64,000 nt of DNA, from positions 55,537 through 119,536 of the IMG/VR virus record IMGVR_UViG_3300044940_000489; one strand, written 5' to 3'. The stretch comes from a virus. Shown piece by piece: positions 36,772-47,490 of this stretch (position 1 is its first letter; each line of letters opens with the position of its first letter). The translations under genes were made by a program, and so were the position numbers. A model generated the notes under the pieces. That model made no database searches and was not told the DNA's origin. It saw nothing but the letters and a program-made list of their open reading frames with translations.

Positions 36772-38948
36772 TGCGCATTGCACTAAAAAAAATAAACATA
36801 TCTGGATTCCTGGATATAGATCAGGATCAAGAGTACATCTTTGAGCAGAGCGGCATGGTTGGAATATTTGGAAAAAACTGCGACACCGGCTCATCTAATG
36901 GAGCCGGAAAAACGTCATTTATTACAGCCATACCTGCGGCAATATATGGAACAGCCTATATACCGTATTCAGTTAAAGATCTCAAAAATCGCTATTTAGA
37001 TATTAGTCCAAGAATCCTGCTCGAAATGGAAATAGATGGGGAGCCTTTTATTATTGACCGAACCTTTGGTGGAGCAGTCAAGATTAAAAAGGGCAGCTCT
37101 GACTGGGAGAGCGGAACGGCCAAAGACATGCAAGAGCGCATTAACAAAGCAATTGGACTAACGCCAGACCAGTTACTGGCCCTGACCCTTAGGTCACAGG
37201 GCAATTTTGGCGGCTTCTTGCTTATGAAAGATTCTGAAAAGAAAGATTTCTTGTCTGGTTTTTTTGAGCTGGATCTATTAGAAAAAGCGCACGAGGAAGT
37301 GCAGCGCCAGCTAAAGTCTGCTATGCCAGTACTGGATTCAATAAATAAAGATTTAATTTGGGAAAATAGCCAACTAGATGCTTGCTCTAAGCAAGTGGAT
37401 GCCCTGCTCAGCGAAGTCAAATCCCTTAGCAATCTAGACAAAAAGAACTGGATTAATAATATTTTAAGTCAAATCCACAAAAATAATATTTCTGTAAAAG
37501 AGCTAAAACTAAAGCTGAACTCAGTACAGGACTCCCCTGAGATACGAGAAATATTACTGGCATGCGAGGATATCGTCAGGCAAATAAATGAAAAGCAATC
37601 TGAGATATCGTCACTAAAGCAGCAGCTTACTCCAGAAAGCGACACGCCAGCGCCCATCCCGGAAAATCTGTCATCGGCGTTGCATCGAAAGAGTACTGAG
37701 CTAGATGAAGCAAAGCAGCGCTTGCATCAAAAGCTTAAAATATCAGAATTATTACAGTCACAGAAGAGATCTGTTGCGGTCATGTCTGAAAAAAAAGCTT
37801 CCGCTTCCTCTGAATTGTTGGCAGCCCAAAAGCAGCTGGAGAGCCTTAGGCATCAGCAGAAATGTTATACTTGCCATCAGCCCCTGCCGGAATCATTATA
37901 CGAGGACCAACTTGCTATTATTAACAGAAAAATTGATGAGTTAAATTCAATTATTGAGCAATTCGATCAGCAAATTGCTGGGGCAAACTTGTCAAAACTA
38001 GAGGCCGTCCTAGAGTCTTTTAGTGACGCAGAGAAAAATATCCAGTCTATTCAGGACGAGCTTGCGATGATAAACGCAGAAATAATTTCATTTCAAAAAA
38101 ATTCTTTAAATACTCTTGCAAAAATATCAAATGATTCTATTAAATCTAGAATATTGGGTGCACAGCAAGTAATAGCGTCTCTTGAAAGAACTCTCATTAC
38201 TCAAAAAAACACCGCATCAGAATTAGCCCGTCAGGCAACAAGATCAATAGAATCAGATATTGCCAGGCTTGAGGGGGACACATCTTCGCTCCAAAAAGAA
38301 TTAGAAAACCATCAAAAGTACCTTGCTCTAGTTAGAGAGCGCCTGGATTATGAACAAAAACGATTAAACCTGAGTCAGGACAAGATCCGGGGACTGGCGG
38401 ACAAGCATGCTTCCACAAGTGCCGAAATCGAGATTCTTCAGAAGACGGCTGAGGCACTGTCAAAGAACGGTTTTGTAGGATATTTATTTGATGGAATTCT
38501 TGCAGAGCTTAATTCCGGCACAAATCAGATTCTTAAAAGTATGCCGCTAGTGTCTAATTTTTCTTTGTATTTCTCGCCAGATAAAGTGTCTCAGTCAAGT
38601 GGTAATATCAGCAAGGTCATATCGTATCAAATCTACTCAGGAAATCATCCAGTAAACTTTGAATCTTTATCAGGGGCCGAAAAGATATGCGTCGTAATGG
38701 CAGTAGATGAGGCACTGGACGACGTTTTGTCCAGGCGCCTGGGAGTAAAAACTGGATGGAAAATCCTTGACGAGCAGCTTATGTACGTAGACGAGCAGAA
38801 CAAATCTGCTATACTGGACTTCCTATCTAATAGGTATTCCGACCGCTCGATTTATATTGTGGATCATGCATCTGAATTTAATGCGGCTTTAGAAAAAAGA
38901 GTATATATTATTAAAGAAAACGGCATAGCCAGCATAAGGTCAGCATGA
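36771..38948 (+). CDS. SbcC/Rad50-like ATPase
   Basis: NGAGKT, coiled coil with CYTC hook, LSGAE signature, ILDE and VDH. Confidence 0.9.
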   Translation: MRIALKKINISGFLDIDQDQEYIFEQSGMVGIFGKNCDTGSSNGAGKTSFITAIPAAIYGTAYIPYSVKDLKNRYLDISPRILLEMEIDGEPFIIDRTFGGAVKIKKGSSDWESGTAKDMQERINKAIGLTPDQLLALTLRSQGNFGGFLLMKDSEKKDFLSGFFELDLLEKAHEEVQRQLKSAMPVLDSINKDLIWENSQLDACSKQVDALLSEVKSLSNLDKKNWINNILSQIHKNNISVKELKLKLNSVQDSPEIREILLACEDIVRQINEKQSEISSLKQQLTPESDTPAPIPENLSSALHRKSTELDEAKQRLHQKLKISELLQSQKRSVAVMSEKKASASSELLAAQKQLESLRHQQKCYTCHQPLPESLYEDQLAIINRKIDELNSIIEQFDQQIAGANLSKLEAVLESFSDAEKNIQSIQDELAMINAEIISFQKNSLNTLAKISNDSIKSRILGAQQVIASLERTLITQKNTASELARQATRSIESDIARLEGDTSSLQKELENHQKYLALVRERLDYEQKRLNLSQDKIRGLADKHASTSAEIEILQKTAEALSKNGFVGYLFDGILAELNSGTNQILKSMPLVSNFSLYFSPDKVSQSSGNISKVISYQIYSGNHPVNFESLSGAEKICVVMAVDEALDDVLSRRLGVKTGWKILDEQLMYVDEQNKSAILDFLSNRYSDRSIYIVDHASEFNAALEKRVYIIKENGIASIRSA

Positions 38949-39319
38949 CTAGCGAAATCGATATTGTAACAGGTCTTTGGGACGGTATTACGGACGAAAC
39001 GGAACTGTTTGTACCAATACAGGATGCCCCAAATAAAAAGAACGCAGTCCGAGCGTTTTATGGCGACATATATAAAAATATAATAAGGATACCGGCATTT
39101 CTAGACAAAGCAGAGTGCGATAGATTCTGCATAAAAATTAGCAGTGGTCCAAACAAAAAGCTAAAAACTTACAAAACTACGTATTTCCAGCTCTGTAATA
39201 GCATGGACAGAGTTAGCCGCCACTATTCGGAAAAGCATTTAGAGTGCTGGTTGACTGGAATGACCATGATTGGTAAAGTTATCAGAGTGCAGCAGATATG
39301 GAGCGAATTTATACAATAA
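38945..39319 (+). CDS. Hypothetical protein
   Basis: ATGA-coupled ORF. Confidence 0.55.
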   Translation: MTSEIDIVTGLWDGITDETELFVPIQDAPNKKNAVRAFYGDIYKNIIRIPAFLDKAECDRFCIKISSGPNKKLKTYKTTYFQLCNSMDRVSRHYSEKHLECWLTGMTMIGKVIRVQQIWSEFIQ

Positions 39320-39331
39320 AGGAGCGATAAA

Positions 39332-39619
39332 ATGCAAGATTCACCAACAGAGATGAAAATCAAAAAATTAGAGAAAAAGCTGGATGCAGACTTTATGCTG
39401 GAAGTTCAAAAGTCTGACCCCCAGTCCCTGAAAGACAAGGTACTGAAGTACAGTCGAGAAGTCCAAAATATTGAAGATTCTATGAAAGGCGACGCTAAGC
39501 TTCAGGCCCTTAAGGAGCAGGTGAAGGATTTGGCTGGCGGTTACCGAGATGCCATCAAGTTTACAAAAGCAAGACTTGAGTATACCCTTGCCGTAATGAA
39601 GCTAAACGGAGTAGAGTAA
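39332..39619 (+). CDS. Small coiled-coil protein
   Basis: AAGGAG RBS. Confidence 0.6.
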   Translation: MQDSPTEMKIKKLEKKLDADFMLEVQKSDPQSLKDKVLKYSREVQNIEDSMKGDAKLQALKEQVKDLAGGYRDAIKFTKARLEYTLAVMKLNGVE

Positions 39620-40183
39620 TTGAGAGTTTTGTCATTCGACCCTGCGGGCGAAAAATTTGGAATAGCAGGAGTTCAGAAGACGGATGACAAGTTATCCGTC
39701 TTCTTTCATTACCTGCTGGCCGCACCAGATGATTTTAGCTCATCTCAAAAAGGCACATATATGGCTCATGCTGCCTCAGCTATAGTGGGCATTATTAAAC
39801 CCGATTATATTGTATCTGAGAAGCCATGGGGGGTCGGATACAGCATGCAATCGCTTAAGGAGCTTATTGGAGCCCTTAAGGCAGAGATCTGGAATGACAT
39901 TAAATGGCAGGGCGTCAGTGAGGCGCGTAGGGCCGTACTTGGCGAAGGTTGGGGCGGAGCAAATAAGGCGGAAACGGCCATGTGGCTTTTGCAGTACCCT
40001 TGGGACATATCTTCTAAGCGGTTTATTAATGAGCAATTAAACGCAGCAAATGAAAATAATAAAGATGGATTTGACATTTTAGATGCATTATTGCACGCCG
40101 TGTGCTATCTTATAATCGAGCACGGCCTGGTACCAGTGCACAAGCCCCAAAAGGCTTCCAAAAAGAAAAGGAGGGCTACATGA
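39620..40183 (+). CDS. RuvC-like Holliday junction resolvase
   Basis: RVLSFDPAG, IVSEKP, ANKAE and DILDAL acidic catalytic pattern. Confidence 0.75.
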   Translation: MRVLSFDPAGEKFGIAGVQKTDDKLSVFFHYLLAAPDDFSSSQKGTYMAHAASAIVGIIKPDYIVSEKPWGVGYSMQSLKELIGALKAEIWNDIKWQGVSEARRAVLGEGWGGANKAETAMWLLQYPWDISSKRFINEQLNAANENNKDGFDILDALLHAVCYLIIEHGLVPVHKPQKASKKKRRAT

Positions 40184-40959
40184 GCGGAATATTTGATGAA
40201 TCTGAATATGCCTCTCAAGCCGATTCAGTATTAGATGAAGTCCAATCATCGACTAATGGAGCGGCGGAAGAAAATGGCATCTTATCCGAGGCAATCGCCA
40301 GAATAGAAGAGGCCAATCTGTGGCGATCTTTGGTTTCACAAGAAGTATTCCCTCCCGGATCAGCTCGTGACGAGATTCGCAACAGGGCAAATGCGAAGCT
40401 TAAAATGATCGGGATGACTGAAATTTCTGAGCTTCTTGGAATGTCAAAAAAGTCCCCACAGGCTGTGGCCGCTGAACTGCCATTTAGCAATGCCGAGATG
40501 GAAAATTTAAAGTTTTTGGCCACTTTAGACAGCGAGCAAATAAGGGCTCTTCATGTACTAGTAAACAAAGTATTGAAGCGAGAGCAGTCCGTGCCTGCTC
40601 AGCCAGAGTACAGGCCCGGCGTTAATTTAATAACCCCAGAGCCTGGACCTAAAGTAAATTCAGTCTCTGCCGCACCTAGCCATGCTCAAGCCAAGGTTTC
40701 AACAAATAAAGCTACATCGCCCAAGAAGCCTAAAGCCCCTAAAGGGCAGACTCGACCGGTCGGAGCAAAGCCTCTTCCTATGGTTAGTGCAGACGAGCAA
40801 ATTATGAAGGGCGCTATCAGAGCATCCGCTCCGGTACTTGGCGGGGATCAAGTGGCCAATAGCATGCTTAGTGCTACAATACAGCAGCTTACAAAAGGAA
40901 ACATTTTAGTTGATGCCGGTTCGGCATCCGGGGAGGACGATCCAAATGAGCGATTCTAA
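40180..40959 (+). CDS. Hypothetical protein with Pro/Ala/Lys-rich linker
   Basis: Start re-called at MSGIF behind AGGAGG. Confidence 0.6.
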   Translation: MSGIFDESEYASQADSVLDEVQSSTNGAAEENGILSEAIARIEEANLWRSLVSQEVFPPGSARDEIRNRANAKLKMIGMTEISELLGMSKKSPQAVAAELPFSNAEMENLKFLATLDSEQIRALHVLVNKVLKREQSVPAQPEYRPGVNLITPEPGPKVNSVSAAPSHAQAKVSTNKATSPKKPKAPKGQTRPVGAKPLPMVSADEQIMKGAIRASAPVLGGDQVANSMLSATIQQLTKGNILVDAGSASGEDDPNERF

Positions 40960-41494
40960 AACAACACAAAAATCAACAAAAAGCTACCTAGAGCAATTTT
41001 CTGACCTACAAAAGAATATGGAATCCGTATTCCAGATTCTGCTTAGGCAGCAGCAGATGATACAGTCTCTAGAGCAGCAGCTTGCAAACGTAGACAGATT
41101 TGCGGCTGCGACTGGCGATATGGCCGAAGCTATTGTAAGCCTTATGGAAAACGGTAAGGCTGTGACCAAGTCGTCTGTACTAGATACTGTGTCTAGGCTC
41201 GAAATCGACAGAATGAAGATCCAGGTTCAGAAGCAGATTGATGAAAAGAAAATTGTTGCTATTGAATCTGTTGAGTCCCCGGAATCTCTCCTTTCAATTG
41301 AAAGTGACTCCGAGTTCGGATTCGTCTTTAATACCGCCGCCCGACTTGAAGAAGTCCTTGGGGAATCGCTTATTGGCAAAAAAGTTGGAGATGCAGTCAA
41401 GAGCTTCAAAATCACGGCTATCTATAAAGTTAATCAGCCTCAGCCAGAGCCATCGGTCGCAGAAGTAAAAGAATCTGCACCCGAACAGCAATAA
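40946..41494 (+). CDS. Hypothetical coiled-coil protein
   Basis: Start re-called at MSDS behind GGAGG. Confidence 0.6.
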   Translation: MSDSKTTQKSTKSYLEQFSDLQKNMESVFQILLRQQQMIQSLEQQLANVDRFAAATGDMAEAIVSLMENGKAVTKSSVLDTVSRLEIDRMKIQVQKQIDEKKIVAIESVESPESLLSIESDSEFGFVFNTAARLEEVLGESLIGKKVGDAVKSFKITAIYKVNQPQPEPSVAEVKESAPEQQ

Positions 41495-41517
41495 TTTGTG
41501 AGATTAGGGGTTTTGAA

Positions 41518-43143
41518 ATGAGCAAGGGGCATCAGACAGGCGACGCATTTCCGAAACAGACCATAATCGATGCGTATGCATCTTTAGTAAGAAATGTTAG
41601 CAAATTCCCCACAAGGTCTGATCTGGGAGCCATGGGCGTCTCAAGAGATCAGGTGCGCCATCATTTTGGTACATATGCGAATCTTAGGGAGGCAGTAAAA
41701 AAAGCCTACCCCGAGCTGTTTCGTGGTATTGTATCCGAAAATGACATCATGTCTGCAGAAAATATTGCCAATCTTAAGGCCAAGGTTAAGAAGCACAAGC
41801 GCTTTGTAATTACTACTGCAGTAAACGGACAAGAAGTACACACAGGTTTTTTGGATACTATTAAAAGTTATTGCAAAAAGAACAACGCAATGCTGCTGAT
41901 TATGCCAAGCCACGACCCTGCCCATAATCTGGATAACTCAATTGAGTGGCATTTTGATGAACAGATCGCCTCTGCAAGCCTTGTTTTTTCTGAGCTGTAC
42001 CTGAATTCTAACATTCATCTAAGTTCGATCAGGATTACTGCCAAACAAATTAATCCGCATACTGGATTGGCTAGGTTTGTTCAGGGCGAAGGAAGTGCTA
42101 TTTTCGGCTCGCCCAAGCAAAATTTGGATTACATCCCAGTTTCTAACGTAAAATACCCGCACGCTCTAATGTCCACAGGCGCTATTACCATACCCAATTA
42201 TAGTACTAGCCGTGGAAACAGCTTGCGTAGCGCTTTTATAGCGCAATACGACCACGTTATCGGTGCCATTATTGTAGAGATTCAGGACGACAAGATTTAT
42301 CATTTCAGGCAAGTGCAGGCGGCCCCAGATGGCAGCTTCGCGGATCTAGGAAAGTTATACAAGCCTTCAGGCAAGGTAGAAAAGATCCAGACTAAGCTTA
42401 TTATGGGCGATTACCATGCAGGGCAGCATGACCCTAGTGCGGTAAAGTCCTGGTCCGAACTTGCCGACTACGTCCAAGCTGACGAAGTCTTTTTTCATGA
42501 CCTATTTAACGGACTGTCCGTAGATCATCACTCCCAACATAAAATAATAACTTTGGCAAAAAGATCCAAAGAAGGAAGACTGTCTTTGGAAAGTGAACTT
42601 GAGATTACGGGCCGAGAACTTGATTATTGGGCCAATAAAAAGAGCGTAAAGCGATTGACTATCATTAAGTCTAATCATGACGAGTTTTTGGACCGATGGG
42701 CGCAGGAGGCGCGTTTTAGCCGAGATCCGTTTAATTTTGAGGCAGGATGCAAAATCGCAGCATCTATGGCAGAGGGCGGTGATGCCCTGGAAACTGGACT
42801 CAAGCTGTACGCCAAAATTAAAAATTGGAACAAGCTGCTATTTCTAAAAAGAGACCAGGACTACAAAATAGCCGATATCGTGTGTGGTGCCCATGGAGAC
42901 AAGGGGCCTAATGGTAGTCGAGGAACTAAAGCCAATCTGGAGAATTCTTACGGCAAATGCGTTATTGGGCATTCGCACACGCCAGGAATTTTACGTGGAG
43001 TTTGGCAAGTTGGAACGACTAGCCTGTTTGATTTAGACTACAACGTGGGCCCTTCCTCTTGGATGCATACCTCTTGCCTGGTATACCCAAATGGACAAAG
43101 GCAGCTAATAAACTCAATACAGGGCTCCTGGCGAGTAAAATAA
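41518..43143 (+). CDS. T5 A1-like calcineurin-family phosphoesterase/nuclease
   Basis: RFVITTA, GDYH, HDLF, SNHD, HGDKGPNGSRG, GHSH and YN.GPSSW motifs. Confidence 0.7.
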   Translation: MSKGHQTGDAFPKQTIIDAYASLVRNVSKFPTRSDLGAMGVSRDQVRHHFGTYANLREAVKKAYPELFRGIVSENDIMSAENIANLKAKVKKHKRFVITTAVNGQEVHTGFLDTIKSYCKKNNAMLLIMPSHDPAHNLDNSIEWHFDEQIASASLVFSELYLNSNIHLSSIRITAKQINPHTGLARFVQGEGSAIFGSPKQNLDYIPVSNVKYPHALMSTGAITIPNYSTSRGNSLRSAFIAQYDHVIGAIIVEIQDDKIYHFRQVQAAPDGSFADLGKLYKPSGKVEKIQTKLIMGDYHAGQHDPSAVKSWSELADYVQADEVFFHDLFNGLSVDHHSQHKIITLAKRSKEGRLSLESELEITGRELDYWANKKSVKRLTIIKSNHDEFLDRWAQEARFSRDPFNFEAGCKIAASMAEGGDALETGLKLYAKIKNWNKLLFLKRDQDYKIADIVCGAHGDKGPNGSRGTKANLENSYGKCVIGHSHTPGILRGVWQVGTTSLFDLDYNVGPSSWMHTSCLVYPNGQRQLINSIQGSWRVK

Positions 43144-43148
43144 TACTT

Positions 43149-43466
43149 ATGAAGTATGGCCGCAAAGTTAGGCGCGGCAGATCTGAGCAGGATAATGATG
43201 AAAATCTGCGCGGAATGCTACGCGAATTGCAAAAAATAAATAAACAGCTGCTGGCTGAAAATAAATACCTTAAGAAGCAGCTAGCAATGGCAAATAACAT
43301 ACTGAACCAAGACTCGGAGTCAGTTCAGTCGGTTACACATGCCAAATCTGAAAAAAAGTGCCCAAAGTGCGGAAGTACGAGTTTTAGTGAAGTATCAATT
43401 TGGAATCCAAATGGAGAAATAGAATTTTTAGTGTGTCAAAAATGTTTACACCGAGAGAAGAAATAG
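43149..43466 (+). CDS. Coiled-coil plus zinc-ribbon protein
   Basis: CPKC...CQKC; start re-called at MKYG. Confidence 0.6.
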   Translation: MKYGRKVRRGRSEQDNDENLRGMLRELQKINKQLLAENKYLKKQLAMANNILNQDSESVQSVTHAKSEKKCPKCGSTSFSEVSIWNPNGEIEFLVCQKCLHREKK

Positions 43467-43870
43467 AAAATAAACTTTCTAGCTCAGATTTGTATATATA
43501 TGATTCAATGGTATATAATGCTGGCCTAATTTTTAAAAGTATATCTACATATGAGCAAGGCATATTCGATTGCGAATATGATATAGAAATTCTTACAAAT
43601 TTTGTGTCTTCTAATATGGAAGCGGCTAACCACCTGAAAACACTACAAGTGCCGCCAATAAATAAGATTAAGCAGATTAAAAAAGAAATAGAAACAGCTA
43701 ATAAGCAAATAAAAAACATAAAAGAGCAGATCGTTAAATTCCGCTATATTTTAGATGAGAAGAAAAAAGAACTTGAAGAAATAACGAATAAAATAAACAG
43801 GTTTCTGGCCTCAAGACTGGAAAGCAAAGTAATTGATTATGAAGCGTTTAGATCAAAAAGAAATAAATAG
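43442..43870 (+). CDS. Hypothetical coiled-coil protein
   Basis: Co-oriented ORF; start uncertain. Confidence 0.5.
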   Translation: MFTPREEIENKLSSSDLYIYDSMVYNAGLIFKSISTYEQGIFDCEYDIEILTNFVSSNMEAANHLKTLQVPPINKIKQIKKEIETANKQIKNIKEQIVKFRYILDEKKKELEEITNKINRFLASRLESKVIDYEAFRSKRNK

Positions 43871-44090
43871 AATGATTAGGCAGGACATTGATTTTATCAA
43901 TTCTAAAAAGTATAACTATTCGCTTAAACAATACATGGCCTCATTTCGAGGGCAGAATTCAGATCATAAAATCGCCACACTTCTTAATATGAGTCAATCC
44001 GAGCTTAAGCAAGAAATGAATAATATTTTAAAAATTTATCGACAATCGTTGAATCTTAATGTATCATCAAAAGATGAGCAAAAATTTTAA
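43833..44090 (+). CDS. Small protein, possibly HTH
   Basis: SDHKIATLLNMSQSEL. Confidence 0.45.
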   Translation: MIMKRLDQKEINRMIRQDIDFINSKKYNYSLKQYMASFRGQNSDHKIATLLNMSQSELKQEMNNILKIYRQSLNLNVSSKDEQKF

Positions 44091-47000
44091 AGATCTTACG
44101 ATTTTCGGACCGCACAATCACCCGCTTTCTTTAGATTCCGGAAATACCGTAGAAGGCTTCCTTAGGTCTGCAGCCGTTGATTTTGGAAGAAAAGCCATTG
44201 CAGTTACTGACCATGGAACTCTAGGTGCCATAATCGAGGCACACGATTTTTCTCAAAAACTTCTAAAAAAGAATATTGATATCAAAGTAGTTCCAGGAAT
44301 AGAGCTATATCTTATGCCTGAGCCGTTTGATGACACCGCCGGCTTTAACAAAGACGGAACACCTAAGTTTAACTACTATCACCTAACCGTTCATTTGGAT
44401 GATTTCGACGCATATTTGGACGCCTGTAAACTGTCTCGATCGGCTTTTGATAAAGCAGTGTGGAAGGGCGGCGAATTAAAACCAATGACTACATTTGAAG
44501 AGCTGCGCAGCCTATCTGGCAAAATTACCATATTTAGTGGCTGCATGGTTTCTCCAGTCATGAAGCCCATACTTAAGGGGCGCCAGGATGTCGCCGAGCG
44601 CTATTTTCAGGAGCTTATGGCAATTGCCGGACCAGGGCGTATGTTCATAGAAATATTGCCATATGAAGTCTCTAAAAATTGGAATCGCCAGACAAAGACT
44701 TTTGAGCCAATTAAAAATGAGTGCATACCAGACGGTCACCTTCAGATCGCATGCAATAAGTGGGGATTTTACTTGTCAGAAAAGTACAACATTCCCCTTG
44801 TAATCTCGGAAGACGCGCACTATGCACACGAATCTGAAAAACCCATACAAGATCTTAGACTCAATAAAGATGGCCAAGACAATTGGAAAATGTCGGACGC
44901 TAACTGCCTACACCATACAGACTGGCTATATCAAGAACTAAATAGGCTTCATCCCGAATATATAAATGAATCTAAGTTCTTAGAGATGGTAGACAACGGC
45001 TGGAAAAGCTTTGAAAATTTTAAAAGCTTTAGCCCTAAATTTAAGCACGCCTTACCAAAAATAGATATCCCACACTCCTGCGGCGAACATTGCACTAAGC
45101 ACAACAACCCTGACGATGCCATGGTGGGGTATATAGTTAATAAGATTATACAAAAGAATAAATTCGATATTAAAGATCCTGTATATATGAACAGGCTAAA
45201 GCAAGAGATTGATGCGCTTGCATACAACGGCAAAATCAATATCTTGCCATATTTCCTAGTCTTGGAAGAGATAGTTGATTGGTGCGCCGCAAATGATGTT
45301 CTGGTTGGGCCGGGACGGGGCTCTGCAGCTGGCTCCCTTCTGACATTTGGTCTAGGGATTACATCAGTAGATCCTATTAAAGAGGGGCTGAGTTTTGAGC
45401 GGTTTTTTGATGTAAGCCGCGTTGAAGAGGGGCTTGCTGATATAGACACTGACTTTAGTAATAAAAATAAAGTGGTGGAATTTGTAAAAAATCGATGGGG
45501 AGACAAATTTGCATTTTTGGGCACAGGGACAACATTCAAGACTAAATCGGCATTGAAGGACATCGACCGATTGCTCTATGGGTCCGTTCGAGAAGAAACT
45601 GACAGAATTTGTAAACTTATACCACAAAGCCCACAGGGGGTTAATGAAGAGGATTTTCTGCGCGGATACAAGGACGCTGACGGTAACTGGCAAGAAGGAG
45701 AGCTTCATAAAAATATGGAGCTTCGGGCTTATCTTGAAAATAACGTCCAATCCGCCGCCATGCTGTTTAAGATGGTAGGCCTAATTAGACAAATGGGCCG
45801 TCACGCTGCAGGAGTTCTGATAGCCGACAGGCCAATACACGAGTTTATCCCAGTCATGAAGATCAGTGATGAGATCACTACTCAGCTATTGCCAAAATGG
45901 GTAGAAAAGTGCGGAGGGGTAAAGTACGACTTGCTGGGACTAAATACTCTAGAAGACATACGGATATGCCTTAAAAATATTGAAAAACGTCATGGCCTAA
46001 AGCTAGATCCATGGAATTTGCCCGACGATCCCAAAATATGGGAGGCAGCGGCTAGAGATCCGGAGACCGTTTTCCAATTGCATACAGAAACGGTACGCCC
46101 AGGACTAAGAATGATGAAGCCTCGAAGCGTACAGGAAAGCGCCATTCTTACGGCAGTATTCCGTCCGGGAGCAATGGACGCCCCTTCCGTAGAAGATCCA
46201 CAAGTTACAATGGATAAAATCTTTTTAAATCGATGGACCGGGGCCGCAAGAACTTGGTACATTCACCAAGACTTAGAGCCAATTTTAGGTAATACTAAGG
46301 GCGTAATTGTATTTCAAGAGCAGATCATGGAGATTGCCCATAAGCTTGGCGGCTTAACTATGCCGGAAACGCAGAAACTAAGAAAGGCAATTTCTAAAAA
46401 GGCTTCTGATGACCTGATTATATTACTGAATAAGGTGCAGGATAATTTGGTCGCCAATCGCGGATGGACAGAAAAGCAGGCAGAAGCCGTTTGTGACCAG
46501 ATGAAGGCATCGGGCAAATATGCCTTCAATAAAGCTCATTCAGTTAGCTATATGTATGTAGCCAGGGCTTGTGCTTATTTTAAGTACTACTACCCGCTTG
46601 AGTGGTGGGCCGCCGTACTGACAAATGCGTCTAAAGACGATCTTAAAAAGTATTGGCCTAAAATTTCTAGCTTTACTAGACTGCCGGATATTAACCAATC
46701 AACCGAAGAGTTTCGCATAGTGGATGGCGATGACTCCCAGCCCTATCTACTTTCACCTCTTAATATGATTGAAGGTGTAGGGCCAGCTGCATATAATGAG
46801 ATTATTGCCAAAAGACCCTTCATAAATTTTGAAGACTTTCTCTCAAAAGTTGATCGTCGGGTTGTTAATAAAAGGGTCGCATTTAAGCTAATTCTAAGCG
46901 GCTGTTTAGACCAGTACTTTGGACCGAAAGTAACAGACCTAGAAAAGCTGCAAGAATATATGGCCCTAAAGGCCAAGCTGGAGGGCAAAAAGGTACCAGA

Positions 47001-47490
47001 AGCTATTCCTGATGAATTTAGGCAAATTACCGCCCTAAAAAGAGAGCTGATAAGAAAGAGCGTATTTAAGATCTATAGTGGCGATTTACTAGAGGCCGCC
47101 ACTCCGACTATGCTATTAAATAATATGGCCGAATGGAGCGACAGCAGAAAGCAGCTTTTATATGTAAAGAATCGAAAAATCCCCATAGTGGATATAAACG
47201 GCTACAACGCCAGAATGGATAACTTTGCGGACGACATCTTCGCCGTAGTGGCGTTTGTTGCAGAGACAAAAGAAGTGAGGTATTCTAATAACACTAAGAC
47301 CATGATGAAATTTGTCTTAGAAATAGAGGATCACAGAATAGAGGCAGTTAAGTGGCCGGAATGGAAGAAAACGCATCACGGTATTGATTTCTCGCCAGAC
47401 GAAAGCGCCTGCCTATTAATTATGAAAAAAAGATCAGGTTCAGATCAAGTTAGTATTTTAGAAGCATTTAAAATAGAGGAGATTGTATGA
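44074..47490 (+). CDS. dnaE: DNA polymerase III alpha-like (family C)
   Basis: PHP motifs HNH, TDHG and DAH; GRGSAAGS; DIDTD; RHAAG; KYDLLGL; FQEQ; YAFNKAH. Confidence 0.95.
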   Translation: MSKNFKDLTIFGPHNHPLSLDSGNTVEGFLRSAAVDFGRKAIAVTDHGTLGAIIEAHDFSQKLLKKNIDIKVVPGIELYLMPEPFDDTAGFNKDGTPKFNYYHLTVHLDDFDAYLDACKLSRSAFDKAVWKGGELKPMTTFEELRSLSGKITIFSGCMVSPVMKPILKGRQDVAERYFQELMAIAGPGRMFIEILPYEVSKNWNRQTKTFEPIKNECIPDGHLQIACNKWGFYLSEKYNIPLVISEDAHYAHESEKPIQDLRLNKDGQDNWKMSDANCLHHTDWLYQELNRLHPEYINESKFLEMVDNGWKSFENFKSFSPKFKHALPKIDIPHSCGEHCTKHNNPDDAMVGYIVNKIIQKNKFDIKDPVYMNRLKQEIDALAYNGKINILPYFLVLEEIVDWCAANDVLVGPGRGSAAGSLLTFGLGITSVDPIKEGLSFERFFDVSRVEEGLADIDTDFSNKNKVVEFVKNRWGDKFAFLGTGTTFKTKSALKDIDRLLYGSVREETDRICKLIPQSPQGVNEEDFLRGYKDADGNWQEGELHKNMELRAYLENNVQSAAMLFKMVGLIRQMGRHAAGVLIADRPIHEFIPVMKISDEITTQLLPKWVEKCGGVKYDLLGLNTLEDIRICLKNIEKRHGLKLDPWNLPDDPKIWEAAARDPETVFQLHTETVRPGLRMMKPRSVQESAILTAVFRPGAMDAPSVEDPQVTMDKIFLNRWTGAARTWYIHQDLEPILGNTKGVIVFQEQIMEIAHKLGGLTMPETQKLRKAISKKASDDLIILLNKVQDNLVANRGWTEKQAEAVCDQMKASGKYAFNKAHSVSYMYVARACAYFKYYYPLEWWAAVLTNASKDDLKKYWPKISSFTRLPDINQSTEEFRIVDGDDSQPYLLSPLNMIEGVGPAAYNEIIAKRPFINFEDFLSKVDRRVVNKRVAFKLILSGCLDQYFGPKVTDLEKLQEYMALKAKLEGKKVPEAIPDEFRQITALKRELIRKSVFKIYSGDLLEAATPTMLLNNMAEWSDSRKQLLYVKNRKIPIVDINGYNARMDNFADDIFAVVAFVAETKEVRYSNNTKTMMKFVLEIEDHRIEAVKWPEWKKTHHGIDFSPDESACLLIMKKRSGSDQVSILEAFKIEEIV

